Shown: piece after piece, positions 1 to 13,750 of the stretch
How the letters are laid out: the number at the start of each line of letters is the position of its first letter
Numbering within the stretch: the stretch's first letter is position 1
Source of the DNA: Octopus sinensis
Taxonomy: Eukaryota
NCBI RefSeq assembly: GCF_006345805.1
Contig: NC_042999.1
Location: 125,984,001 to 126,048,000, forward strand
Length of the DNA stretch: 64,000 nucleotides
Reading direction: 5' to 3'
Notes under the pieces: model-generated
Told to the model about the DNA's origin: nothing
Database searches by the model: none
The model's input: only the letters and a program-made list of their open reading frames with translations
Program-made: the position numbers and the translations under genes

Positions 1-123
1 AGGTCGACTGCATCTTTTTATCCTTTCGGGGTCGGTAAAATAAGTGCCGGATGAGAACTGGGCTCGATGTAATCGACTTACCTCCTCTTACAAAATTGAT
101 GGCCTTGTGCCATACTTTGAAAT
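1..123 (+). mobile_element. SINE family A, 3' part
   Basis: GGTCGAC..CATC/CCTTTCGGGGTCG..AAATAAGT..CTGGG.TCGATGTAATCGACTTACC body shared with the other copies. Confidence 0.7.
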
Positions 124-684
124 CACTGTTAAATTTTTTCCTACGCATAACGAATTTCTAGGCTTTTTATTATTTCTTCCACCGCTAACACACTCAGATA
201 TGATGTTTCTTCTCTATGCTACTTCTATCACTGCTGAATGGCATATGTTCGTGTAAGCCAGCTACTACATATATTCTTCTCCCGCCAAACACATTCTTCT
301 AAATCACCTTTGTCTTTCCGCCATTTCTGTTGCGTCTCACAACCCAAACACCGCATTAAACACTGCCCCTACGTCTTCTTCCTAGCAACTCTAGCCCTCT
401 GGAATCCAACCGTGACTTTTCACCGTTATAGACACTAACACCTTTAAAGGTTTTACTTAAAGTGGTCATGACACTTTTCTGGGCATCTTTTATCTGATAT
501 CTTTTACTTGTTTCAGTCATTAGACTACGCCTTGAAAGGTTTTAATCGAACAAATCAACACTTGGGCTTATTTGTTTTAAAGCCTAGTACTTATTCTATC
601 GGTCTCTATGACCGAACAGCTAAGTTACGGTGACGTAATAACAGCAACACCAGTTGTCAAGCGGTTGTGGAATGACGCACACAC

Positions 685-748
<64 letters not shown>

Positions 749-874
749 TAACAATTAAGGATAATCTCTTAATAAGGGATCTTAACAAGAAATTATCGGG
801 TAGTTAGCGTGAAAACCTCATAAAAGAAAAGAATTCGAAAATAATTTTTTTCTTTTGAACAAATTAATTATATC

Positions 875-1160
875 TATATTGTATAGAGGGCATTATTACA
901 CATAAATGCCTCACACTAAGAGGGACAAAGTCATTACTACCAAAATTATACTAATCATACCCAAATGCAGTTTTTCAAAGCAAGACATTTAAAAAATGAA
1001 TTTAGTTCTGAAATCACGGTGATACAGAACTAAATTCATTTTTTAAATGTCTTGCTTTGAAAAACTGCATTTGGGTATGATTAGTATAATTTTGGTAGTA
1101 ATGACTTTGTCCCTCTTAGTGTGAGGCATTTATGTGTAATAATGCCCTCTATACAATATA
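875..1160. repeat. Near-perfect 286-bp palindrome
   Basis: 875-1010 is the reverse complement of 1025-1160. The 14-nt centre contains ATCAC-G-GTGAT. Confidence 0.9.
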
Positions 1161-1164
1161 TATA

Positions 1165-2411
1165 TATATATATATTTTTTACTGTTTATATGTTTGTACT
1201 GTCGTTACCGTCTTGCTTTTTTTACCCCTCTGCGAAAAGATCTCAGAATTTTAATTGATTTGCTTTTCGTAGGAAGGAAGTTTTCTTCGAAGTATACGTC
1301 TCGCTTTTATCCTTCGAAACGTTTAGTAGATGAAACCTTAGCGACTGAAGAAGGGGATTTTTCGTTGTGCTTATTGTCCTGTATCTCCTTTTTTTTGCTT
1401 GTCTTGTTCCTTGGTTTGTGTCTATGTTTTTCGTCTCTCTATGTGTTCGACGTCTTTTTGGTGTCCTGTACTCATATATGCGTGTATATGTACATGTAGA
1501 GGTAGGTACGTACATATATGTTTATATATATGCATATGTTCTATTTTGTTAACATATTATACGACTAAACGCACGCACCCTATTAAGTAAGATTGTTCTG
1601 TTTATCAAGTTAGCCTTGATATTAACTCTCACGCGACTCTGCATCTTTCTTTCTTTCTCTCCCATTCCCTTTTTTGTCTTTTTTCCCTCACTTAACTTGT
1701 CTCTTCCTCTCTCTCTCATTCTTCATTCTCTCTCTCCCTTTCACCATTCTTCATGGTCTCCTCGCACCATTCCCCTTCTTCTCTCTCTTCCTCTTGCTCC
1801 TCCTCCCCCATTCCCGTCGTCCATCTGCGACGACACTTCCGTCGTAACTGCTATCCTGTCTTTTCTCGCCCGCCTTCTAAGGCTACTGGTCGACACATTT
1901 TCTCTCTCTCGTCGTCCACTATAATCCAGCGTTTGCAATACTTTTTTCGTCTGGCGTTAACAGCCCTTCTTATCTTGTTCTCCTTGTCCTGTCTCTCACT
2001 GTTATATATTTATTTTTCCACTGTTTATATATATATTTTTTACTGTTTATATGTTTGTACTGTCGTTACCGTCTTGCTTTTTTTACCCCTCTGCGAAAAG
2101 ATCTCAGAATTTTAATTGATTTGCTTTTCGTAGGAAGGAAGTTTTCTTCGAAGTATACGTCTCGCTTTTATCCTTCGAAACGTTTAGTAGATGAAACCTT
2201 AGCGACTGAAGAAGGGGATTTTTCGTTGTGCTTATTGTCCTGTATCTCCTTTTTTTTGCTTGTCTTGTTCCTTGGTTTGTGTCTATGTTTTTCGTCTCTC
2301 TATGTGTTCGACGTCTTTTTGGTGTCCTGTACTCATATATGCGTGTATATGTACATGTAGAGGTAGGTACGTACATATATGTTTATATATATGCATATGT
2401 TCTATTTTGTT

Positions 2412-2418
<7 letters not shown>
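1165..2418. repeat. Partial tandem duplication with 861-bp period
   Basis: 1165-1557 and 2026-2418 (393 bp) appear identical, and the ORF pairs 1194/2055, 1243/2104 and 1367/2228 give identical translations. Confidence 0.9.
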
Positions 2419-2456
<38 letters not shown>

Positions 2457-3990
2457 GACGGGCTTCTTTCAGTTTCCTTCTACCAAATCTAGTCACAGGG
2501 CTTTGGCTGGTCCGAAGCAATAGTAGAAAACACTTGCCGAAGGTGCCACGCAGTGAGACTGAACCCAGAACCACCATGTCACTGGAATGCAAGCTTCTTA
2601 CCACACAGTCACATGTCTACCATTCTGAAACTATCTTGACGAAGTTATCCCCTCTCCAGATATCAAACTCAAATTCTTGCCACAAACTGCAAAACAACAA
2701 CCACCACACCTATCTGCAATAGCACTATCCCACCAAAAAACAACAAAAAAAAAATTGCAGCTCTCCAATACAAACATTCAGTGAATTCGATACATTTTGC
2801 GTTCGAGTCGGTCAGGTATATTTTATCCATTTTTCTAAGACATTCGCCTTTGTAATGGTCGTGTGGACATAGTTCTGTTGAATGAGGACTGAACTGGGGC
2901 TAAAACAACATTTAAAGACATCTTCAGGAAAATTACTTGTGATAGATTTGTCTCTTGTTCCGATGTGAAATTTGTCTCTTACATACTTAGCAAAACAGAA
3001 ACCCATATTGAACACCATCACATCCTCTTACGTCTTCATGATTCATTAATAAAATATTTTTAACCACTAAACTTATAAGTTGAGTTTAAGCGATATTTAA
3101 GCGAAAGAATTCTAAGTCTTCGAACAAGTTACCGGCAAACTGTCAAGCGTTCTTTACCGTTAATCCTCCGCTAACTCGACAGCACTTCCCGCCGCCATCA
3201 TTATTTAATTGCTCTTAATAAAACCACATTTTCTGCCACTCTTTGTCTCTCTTCTTTTCACTCTTGACTTCATTTGTTAATGGTTGCCAGAAACTTCAAA
3301 GTCTTATCTGTACAGCTACTCCAAACTTAACTCTGGTGGTAGGTCAGACAGAGATGATAAGAGAACAACGAGGAGGATAGGGAGAGAGATGGAGGAGAAA
3401 AGAGTGGAATAAAGAGAGGAGTATAACGTTTTTCTCCCTCTTTCTCTCCCTCTTTCTCTCGGTCTTCATGAACAGACGCAGTTTAGTTGTCTTACAGTCT
3501 TCCACTCGCAGAAACTTCGTTGCTTAATCATTTTCTTTGTGCAAAAAAGCAGAATAGTGGATTGGTTTTTCTCTTTAGCACTTCCACTTTACATCCACCC
3601 CTCTGTCTCTGTTTCTCTCTCTCTCTCTCCCTCTTTCTCTCTCTCCCTCTCTCTCTCGCTCTCTCTCGCTCTCTCTCTCTCCCTCTTTCTCTCTCTCTTT
3701 ATTTCTGGTGTCTCACATATAACCATCTAACGATCATACATTCCACCTCTTGCTTATGATCGCCTCTGTCTCTTACGCCTCCCACTTATTTCTCCCGTCG
3801 CCTCTTAATACCATGTCTCCAACAACGATCACTTCACCAACAAGCTATCGCTACCAAATTCTTGCCGAATACTTTCATGCTGCTCCAGTGCTGTACTCCC
3901 TTCCCCACAAGTCATCCATTTCTCCTTGTCCATCAACTTTATAATAGTCACACGCACACATGCACACACGTACACACACACACACACACA

Positions 3991-4028
<38 letters not shown>

Positions 4029-4298
4029 ACGTACACAATTACATACACAACAGTCCTCTCATCTCTCTCTCACTCTCAAGGACACGTGCCTGCTTGAATG
4101 CACAAACACACACACACACGCAGATACACACGAGGAGAAAAAATGGCCACGTACTCATATACACACAATCTCCCGCCTAGCCACTCATATACGTTCCACC
4201 TCTTCACTTCTCTTTCTATCTTTCTCTAAGTCTTTCTCCAGCACAGACATATGCACACGACACTTTCCCTTCTCCTTCTCTCGTCTTTACACTCGTGT

Positions 4299-4356
<58 letters not shown>

Positions 4357-4396
4357 ACATTAAATACATATACAGATTCACAAAAATACATGTTTA

Positions 4397-5215
4397 GTAG
4401 CTGGCAGAAACGTTAGCATGTCGGGCGAAATGCGTAGCCGTATTTCGTCTGCCGCTACGTTCTGAGTTCAAATTCCACCGAGGTTGACCTTGACTTTCAT
4501 CTTTTCGTGGTCGATTAAATAAGTACCAGTTACGCACAGGGGTCGATATAATCGACTTAATCCGTTTGTCCTCTCTGTGTTTAGCCCCTTGTGGGTAGTA
4601 AAGAAATAGGTATTTCTTCCTGCTTAACATTCTGGGTTCAAATTCCGCCAAGGTCGACTTTGCCTCTCATTCAGGGTCGATAAAATATTATAACCAGTTG
4701 AGCAATGGAGTCGATGTAAACGACTTTCAGTCATTTTGCCTGTGCTTGAATTATTACCTACAAAATAAATCTTACCCAGAATTGTGCATACGGGTACTCA
4801 TGCTATGGATAAGCCTACCCTACGAGCTGACAGAAACGTTAGTACACTGGGCGAAATGCTTAGTGGTATTTCGTCTGCCGTTACGTTCTGAGTTCAAATT
4901 CTGCCGAGGTCGACTTTGCCTTTCATCCTTTCGGGGTCGATTAAATAAGTGCCAGTTACGCACTGGGGTCGATATAATCGACTTAATCCGTGTGTCTGTC
5001 CTTGTTCGTCTCCTCTGTGTTTAGCCCCTTGTGGGTAGTAAAGAAATAGGTATTTTGTTTGTCTTTATGTTCTGAGTTCAAATACCGCCGATGTCGACTT
5101 TGCCTTTTATCTTTTAGGGGTCGATAAATTAAGTACCAGTTGCATTCTGGGATCGATCTAATCGCCTGGCCTCCTCCCCCAAAATTTCGGGCCTTGTGTC
5201 TAGAGTAGAAAAGAA
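4397..5215 (+). mobile_element. Cluster of ~4 SINE family A copies (tRNA-like head)
   Basis: Repeated CTGGCAGAAACGTTAG (A-box-like) and TGAGTTCAAATTCC (B-box-like) motifs plus the GGGGTCGAT body. Confidence 0.8.
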
Positions 5216-7119
5216 TAAAAACCTGCCCGACGAATGCTTTAATATATCCAGGTCAATAAAATAATGTTATGAGCTTTTGCCTTTCGATTAGACGCAAGAT
5301 TCAACACTCTTTATTGCATATGGAATCGATATAGAATAATTATTGTTGATGCAGACCGTCACTAGCAGATTTGGATTCCGGATTTTACTCCATTCAGTCG
5401 GCAATATGCTTCCGGTTTAAATGTTTTCTCTGCCCCAATGTTAGAAATCAAGGGCAATGAATGATAGAATCGATGAGCATTAGTTATGTACCATACCGGA
5501 GCATTGTAAGTTTAAATCCTGTTTGGGTTAGCCTCACCTTTCATGGTTTTCTTTTATTTCTTGTTGAGCAGAAAAGAAAATAGAAGCCCATGAGCCTCTT
5601 CAAGGCATCTGAGATTGACGGACTGAAGTTATCCTCGGATCAGAAACCTGACCAGAATGCTTGCAACAGAGTGGATTCCGCTAAAGGCATCTATGATAAA
5701 GGCGTGGTGCTGAACCGAGTGAAATGTAATGAACAAGAATAGATCCGCCGACGGCCTTCCAATTTCCGTCAACAAAATTTCATTCAGAATGCTTTAGTTA
5801 ATCCGAGGCTGTGGTGCTGTGTAGTAGGATTGAAGCTAAAATCATATACTTTTTAACCATAGAGCCATACCTGCGCCCATAAATGCCAGTCAAGTGCCGG
5901 GGCCAATTCCCTTTACTGAGCAAAACTCCCAAAATATGTGGCCTTGTGTCTAGATTCGGTATCCTTATGGAGGATGTATATTTAAGTTTCAGGATCATAT
6001 TATCTATAAAGAGAAAAAAGATCAACGTGCGTTGTCATTGAAACGTATCTAGTTTGTATCTGAAACCTTCCTTGCCTTCAGAATTGTTGGCTTTGTGCCA
6101 AATTTAGAAAGAATTATTAGGGAGAGGTAAGGCGAATCGTATCAACCTTCTTATAAGACTAAAATTTATTTATCGACCTCGGAACAGTGAAAAGCATCGT
6201 AAAGGGATATAATTAGATAGCACACGGTATATTTTGCGTATATTTTCCAGTGCATTACCCATTCTGGCACGCATACACACACACGCGCACTTTACTCCCA
6301 TCATGATCATGATCATCATCACCATTATCATCAATGATGATGACGACGACGACGATGGTGATGATGATGTATTAATTTTGAAGTTTAATGTTTTTATCAG
6401 TCATAGCATGCGTTATCTTATTTTTCTTTATTTTTCGCCCGAAAAATGCATGACATTTTTATTATCAATATTATTGTATTTATCTATTTATTTCTTTATC
6501 TATTTCTGCTGCCATGTCTTGTAGAGTTCCTATTTTCAAGATATTTAGACACTTTGGCATTCTTGATAAGAATATCTCAAGTCATAATTGTATTACTGCA
6601 TAAATTTTTGGCGTGCGAATTTGGTATGTGTTTGGCTATTTCAACGTATACTTACGTATGTGTGCGTGCGTGTGCGTGTGTGTATGTGTGTGTATGTTCC
6701 TATAATTACGTGCATGCTTGTATGTTAATGTGTGCCTCGTGGGTTGTATGTATGTATGCTTCTGTGTTCGTATGTATGTAAGGCTATGCATGTGCGTATC
6801 CATGCGTGCATCTATGTATAAGTGGGCGACTGTCGAAGTTAATATTAGCTTATGCCCTGTGAAATATCTCCGACTGTTCTTTAGAGCCTTACCAAATTGC
6901 AGAAGTAGACATCGTTGGGAATACTAACAAACTCTAATTATTTATCCAATTTACTGCCCAGCTGTCTTTGCTGTCATTCCAAATGTCTGCGACGAGCAAA
7001 CATTTTCCTTTGCAGAAAAATATGAGGGTTTCTGCTTATAATGAAATGGCAGATAGAGCTCCCTCGAGGAGGACACCGGATGGATAGAATAAGGATGGAA
7101 CCAGTGGAAACGGTGGGAA

Positions 7120-7660
7120 TGGTTGTGGTGGTGGCGTTGGCAGTCGTGTAGTTATTGTTGTTGTTGGGTGGTTGTGTTAATGGTGATGGTTGTGGCGGCG
7201 ATGGTGGTGGTTGTGGTGGCGATGTTGATGGTGATGGCTGTGATGGTGGTGGTTGTTGTGGCGATGGTAGTTGCAGGGGTTGTGATAATATTTGGAGCCA
7301 AAATACTGACAGTTGTGATATTAGCTTTAGTTGTGTGGTCATGCTCATGTCTCACATTGTTGCTGTTATTATTGTTGTTGTTGTTGTAGTAATGGAGGTG
7401 GTGTTAGAGTTTGTTGTGGATACAGTGGGAGTGTGCCTGTAGTAGCAGCTGTATTGGCAGTAGTAGCCGTGGTAGTTGTGATGGTATTTCACGGTCGAAA
7501 TACTAACGGTTGTTTTTCAAGCTTCGGTTGTGTGACCTTGTTTTATGTAGTTGTGATGGTGGTAGTGGTAAATGTAGTGTTGATAGTTTTGGTAACTATG
7601 CTGGTTGTGTCGTCGGGGATAATCATGGTTGTTATAATATTAGGGGAACCGAAATACTGA
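7120..7660. repeat. GT-rich trinucleotide low-complexity region
   Basis: Degenerate (GTT/GTG/GAT)n, giving poly-V/T ORFs. Confidence 0.8.
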
Positions 7661-9358
7661 TTGCTGTTACACTGTCTTTGGTTGCACCTTCATGTCAGTT
7701 GTGGTTGGTAACCCTAATAGTTAGTCGTAAAAAGCAAAACTTTTGAAGATAAAACTTGACTAGATCATAAGATTCTTTGGAATTGGTTACTGGTTGGGGC
7801 CGTAGTGAGAAAGGTGATTGTTGCTATTGTTTAGTCCCAATTCAGATCTATGACTGAAGGGCAATCTGGCCCTGACAAAACCACTGTTTTTTGTGAGATT
7901 ACTAGGATCACATTATTCAAAGTATCCTTGTATTTTTAACACGGTAGGGCGTATTTGAAGAGTATATGGCTGTTATTTCTAGTCACATGGACTCAAATAT
8001 GTTGATTATTGTTGTAGTAGGGTAGACTGATGTATGGCTGATTAGTGTTGGTGTCGTAGTTGATTGTAATTATCGTAATGTTGTTGATGAAGTCGTATAG
8101 ATGTGTTCATCTCTGCTTGGTAGAACTGAAAGTCATCAGTTATCTGCATTCTCAGCTGTTGTTATTCTCTCTAAGTTCTGGATACACTGTCCTAGAAATA
8201 TAGTTTTGCTGCAAGTGGTTCATATTCTTAGATACAGCAAAGAGATAGCTGAGAAAAATATGTGGTTGTTAGACAGAGAAGGTTAGTCACTTAAAACTGA
8301 TACTTCTCAGTTGCGGTTTAAAAAAAAATCGGATTTTAATGCAGGAGATCCAACTATATTTCAAGTGAAACCAAGAAGTGAATTTACTATTATTTTCTGG
8401 AATGCCGCAGAAATAAATCCAAGAGCTCAGTTTTTAGCAAATTGAAAGTGCAGGCAAGTTGACCTAGGCACCGTAACAAATACTGCGAGACAGTTTCTCT
8501 GTCACGATTCTGCCAATGTATCACCCTTTATTCTCGTCCTGTGAAAAGTAACGCTGCATTTTAAAGCAAATAGTCTGACATTGTGCCACAAACAGTTTAG
8601 AAGCCGATAAAAGATGTTTTCGCAATCAACCAATCAGCATAGGCTTAATGACCAAATGTTAATGTAGACACGCGCTGTGTGTATATAGCGAAGGCAAAGA
8701 CTTTAATGAGCTGCATATTCAGCATTGTTTGCCTTACGAATTTCGTATGACCAGCAATGCAGCACGTACAATTTGTACGCGGAATTTGAACTCAGAACGT
8801 AGCAGCAGACAAAATATCGCTAAGCATTTCACCTGGCGTGCTAACGATTGTGCTAGATCACCGCCTTAAAAACAACAACTATAAAAAACAAGGTTTTAAA
8901 ATGGTATTAAGCAAAACAATTGAAACATGTTTTCGTCGGGTTAGATGTCGGCTTCCTGTAAATAAATATGAGATTAAGAATGAAAGAAAAGAAAACAATA
9001 AGTGAAAACAACTGTTTACCTAAGTAATTTATCTTTTTTATTTAATTTCAGGACATTGATCTTTAATCGATGTTTTCTGAACTAAATGACTGATTAGTTT
9101 TGCTGGTTTTCCTCTCTATTTTTATATATATTATAATGTTTTTGATTAGCTTCTCTGCGGGTTGCTTATTAATTTACCTAAAAGTCTTTTGGTTAGACAT
9201 ATGCATACATATATACATATATATGTATGTTTATATATTTGTATGTATGTGTATTTATGTATCAAGTACAATTACGCATAGGAATCTATATGCATGTATT
9301 ATATATATGCATATTTGTTGTGTGCATGTATATATATATATATATATATAAATATATA

Positions 9359-9428
<70 letters not shown>

Positions 9429-9533
9429 GTATTTGTGTTTATGTCTGAAGTACAATTACGTATAGGCATCTGTATGCATGTATTTATATATAAGTATATA
9501 TGTGTGTGCGTACATATGTATATGTTTATGCGC

Positions 9534-9576
<43 letters not shown>

Positions 9577-9606
9577 GTGTGTGTGTGTGTGTGTGTGTGT
9601 GTATCA

Positions 9607-9918
9607 AAGACCATGAATGACCATGGGATTGCACCGAGGTACAAGTCCGGGCAAAGTTGTTTGTGGAAGGCCGGCAGTCGCCCATGCATACCAGCCTCCT
9701 CTGTCCACCCCACTGATGTTATGCAAGAGAAAGACAAAGGCCGATACAGCTTGGCACCAGTGATATCGCAACCCATTTCTACAGCTTGAGTTAACTGGAG
9801 CAACGTGAAATAAAGTGTCTTGCTCAAGAACTCAACACGCAGCCCGGTCCGGGAATCGAACTCACAAAACTCACGATCGTAAGCTTGACGCTCTAACCAC
9901 TGAGTCATGTACCTTCAC
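9607..9918 (-). mobile_element. SINE family B variant with a different tail
   Basis: Shares ACTGGAGCAACGTGAAAT.AAGTGTCTTGCTCAAGAAC and the GGAATCGAA head. Confidence 0.7.
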
Positions 9919-9989
9919 ACACACATACACACACGCACACACACACACGCACGCACACACACAGACACAGACACAGACACAGACACACA

Positions 9990-10024
<35 letters not shown>

Positions 10025-10046
10025 CACACACACACACACACACACA

Positions 10047-10338
10047 CAGTGGCGGACTGGCCAGGTTCCAGCTTGCTCGATGGCAAATGGGTCTTTGTGC
10101 GATTAGAATCCATATATAGGGGACCATGTTAGTATCTAAGGGGCCCATCCGTTCAAGTTTGAGAATTTTTTTATTCACTCCTGGAAGAATGCATTATTTC
10201 AGCGTGGGTGTGTTTGTAGACAGTTGAAAAGAATACTTTTAACACAAAAAAAAAAAAAATTAAATGATAGCATTGTAGTTGCGGGTGGGTACCCTTAGTC
10301 TCCTGGCAACAAATATTTTTACAACCAGTCCGCCACTG
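10047..10338. mobile_element. MITE with 14-bp TIRs (hAT-like)
   Basis: CAGTGGCGGACTGG ... CCAGTCCGCCACTG, inserted in (CA)n. No TSD could be resolved. Confidence 0.7.
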
Positions 10339-10376
10339 TACACAACACACACACAACACACACACACACACACACA

Positions 10377-10421
<45 letters not shown>

Positions 10422-11235
10422 TATATACATATATATTAGTGACAACTCTGGCACCCTGGGTGTTCGGGCTTAGCCCGAGTATAGATTTTGTAAAGTGAAC
10501 ATGTATTTGCAAGCTGACTTGATTTCTGCCAACACTGACTTCAAGTATGTAATTGCAGGCAATAACTCGGGCTCCTTTTATTGAGTATGGTCGCAGTTCA
10601 TTTATTTTCATACAGCATCCGGTGGTCGTCTTAGAGGTGCCATCTGCCAAAAAATATCACTCGTAGCAGAAGTTCTCTCGGCATCGTTCAGACACACCTG
10701 AATCAGGCTCAGAAGTCACAGCTCGAGTTGTTAAAAGTAATTCAAGTTCAATGTTTTCTTGAAACAATGGATTTGTATAGAGATTAGGATTTAAATTCCC
10801 TTCTATGAAAGTTTCTGTTCTACAATATTCTTAAAGGAATGAAAAACTATCCAGCAACTCAGGCTAATACGAACGAGCCTGGTAAGTGTAAATGACTAGC
10901 TGACATCTCTTTCAAGAGTATAGATCGCTGATGTTTGTTGTGCACTCCACTGTCGTTATTTGATTGCTGTTATTCCATGCGCCTGTGTGTAAAGACCAGT
11001 TGTGTTTTGCAGGATTGTTTTATTTTTACTTTTAGAAATGGAGAAAGACATATTAAAACTATATTTCTGTCTTGTTAAATCATCAGTGCGCATATAAGTC
11101 TGCGGTGTCCATTACGTCACTTACCTTCTTTTATACATGAATCTTGTGCGAAATCTGTGATGAGCCCGAGTGACGCTGATGACCTGGAGTCGCCTCTGAT
11201 ATATATATATATGTTTATATGTATGAGTATACATA

Positions 11236-11269
<34 letters not shown>

Positions 11270-11298
11270 ATATGTATATATATATATATAATAATATA

Positions 11299-11341
<43 letters not shown>

Positions 11342-11377
11342 TATATTTAATATTATATAATATATATATATATATAT

Positions 11378-11413
<36 letters not shown>

Positions 11414-12120
11414 GTGTCTCTGTGTGTATGTAGATATGGTGAACATTATTACCAGCATCAATACATAATGCATAAACATGATACAATTTTCGATTCTACT
11501 TAATTTTCAGTCATTATAAACTTCTTGTTCTTCCACACCGTCCTTCATTTATTTCAAAAGAACAAAAGGAGTATGCCATAAGAGAGACACCAGATGGAAA
11601 TTCAGTATTTAAACATCACATAAAAGATATTCTTTTATCACATGAGCATCAAATAAATGTCTGTTCTGTTGCCCAATCGTTGTTCAGCAGTAATCTCTCT
11701 CTTTATTTCTCTTAATTTGTTTTCTTTCTTCCTCCCTCGCAAGAGTCTCACGTTTTTGTTAAACTACCATTTCATCTGCTCCTCAACTTATCTTCCATTA
11801 ACACAAATCCACGCAAATTTCGCAACTGTCATTTATACACTCGTTCATAATCCATAAAAAAAACCGTTTTTCTTATTGTAGAGAGGGCATTTGTGATAAA
11901 TTCTTCGGTCACCAATCAGTGCGTTAGTCTAACACACACGCACACACTCATATAATTAGACAAGGCAGCATTTGATGTGTGTAACACAATGTAGTAAAGT
12001 GTTCCCTGATGATCTGTTGTAGTTCAGCATCTAACTGCACTTTGAACATCCAATGTAGAAGTTGCAAATATATCCACAATGGCGAAATGTATGTAGGGAA
12101 AAATGATACAGACTTGTTTT

Positions 12121-12163
<43 letters not shown>

Positions 12164-12209
12164 TATATATATATAGATATATATATATATATATATTTTA
12201 TATATATAT

Positions 12210-12498
12210 CCCGTGATCACCGTGACGGACCAGGCTATCAGATGTTGCTCCCACATCGCTGTCACAATGCGATTCGCATTGTTTTAGCCTTCAAATGACG
12301 CCACCCCGCTGGCTAAGCGAGCAGGCCACAGAGGAAGAGTGAGAGAAAGTTGTGGCGAAAGAGTACAGCAGGGATCGCACCACCCACTGCCGGAGCCTCG
12401 TGGAGCTTTAGGTATTTTCGCTCAATAAACACTCACAACGCCCGGTCTGGGAATCGAAACCGCGATCCTACCAACCGTGACTCCGCTGCCCTAAACCA
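12210..12498 (-). mobile_element. SINE family B-related variant
   Basis: Head GGGAATCGAAACCGCGATCC. The body is shared with 18075-18240, 21870-21985 and 37432-37748. Confidence 0.7.
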
Positions 12499-12527
12499 TG
12501 ATGTACACACACACACACATTATATAT

Positions 12528-12598
<71 letters not shown>

Positions 12599-13085
12599 TA
12601 CATACATACATTTAATATATATATTATATATATATATATTATATATATATATACACCACATATATATACATATATATATATATATATATTATATACATAT
12701 ATAAAATATATAATGTATGTATATATATATATTATATACACGCATATACATATCTATATATATGTATGTACGTATGTTTGTACATAAGTATGTAATACAT
12801 ACATACACACATACATACATACATACATGCATATAAACACACCACACAACACGCAAACACACAGGTATAACGCTCATTTTAGCTCATTGATGCACACCGT
12901 TATATTAGATATGTCACCATTTATTGTATGTTATATTTATTTGTATATCTAGTCTTTGTATGAAACAAGAATTTTAAACGACTACAATTTTGAAATGAAA
13001 CTGCGGAAACAAGAATGTGAATCAACCCTCCACATATATATATATATATCGTGTTCTTTTTTAGTGCGAATATATATATCATATA

Positions 13086-13133
<48 letters not shown>

Positions 13134-13521
13134 TGTAGCTCTCTCTCTCTCTTATATACATATGCACACTCACATACATATGTGAATATGCAAATAAATA
13201 TATGATTTATGCATGTATATATATATATATATATATATAGGAACTGAAGAACCAGGACCACAATTACTACTACTTCCTGTCCTGCCACATGCTGAATTTA
13301 ACAACACAACACATCACATGCTCTTAATCCCTTTGGATCTTAACACCTCAAGGTAATTTTTTGGTAAACAACCATAAAACTCAAGATACACAACGAACTC
13401 ACCAATGTATCGGAGAACTTATTTTTTAATTTTGTACATTTTATCATTATTCTTTTACAAAAAAAACAATGCTTTCTTTTTTCCCTTTCTAATTTTTAAA
13501 ATAAACTTCTTAAAACATAAA

Positions 13522-13562
13522 TATTCTTGACAAGTCATACAATGACGAAAACCGGTTGAATA
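13522..13562 (+). ncRNA. Degenerate hammerhead motif (U3-A8 core variant)
   Basis: UAUUC-UUGACAA-GUCA-uacaa-UGAC-GAAAAC-CG-GUU^GAAUA. Stems I and II are perfect, with one extra A in the GAAA segment. Confidence 0.5.
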
Positions 13563-13698
13563 AATATATATTTATATATTTTATCATTTTCTCATTTTAT
13601 TAAAATTTTCTTTCATTTGAGCATTCTGCATTTTAAAAAAAATTTTTCCTTACTTATCATTTCTCACGTGCGGTCAACACAACCCCACCATTTATTGA

Positions 13699-13734
<36 letters not shown>

Positions 13735-13750
13735 AGGTATGTATGCAAGT

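Noticed and set aside
2812-3021. 69-aa ORF in non-repetitive sequence
   Set aside because: No recognisable motif or convincing splice sites, and it is not Wnt-like.
3862-4416. 184-aa THTHTH ORF and the many YIYI/CVCV ORFs in the track
   Set aside because: Translations of (CA)n, (TA)n and (CT)n microsatellites.
4401-4480. tRNA-like A/B boxes here and in the other SINE heads
   Set aside because: They are SINE promoters followed by SINE bodies, and no full cloverleaf is present.
10171-10650. 159-aa minus-strand ORF
   Set aside because: Runs through a microsatellite and a MITE. I recognise no family motif in any frame.
11121-11198. Minus-strand GAAG|GTAAGT donor with a short open frame
   Set aside because: No Wnt-like translation in any frame; such donors occur by chance.
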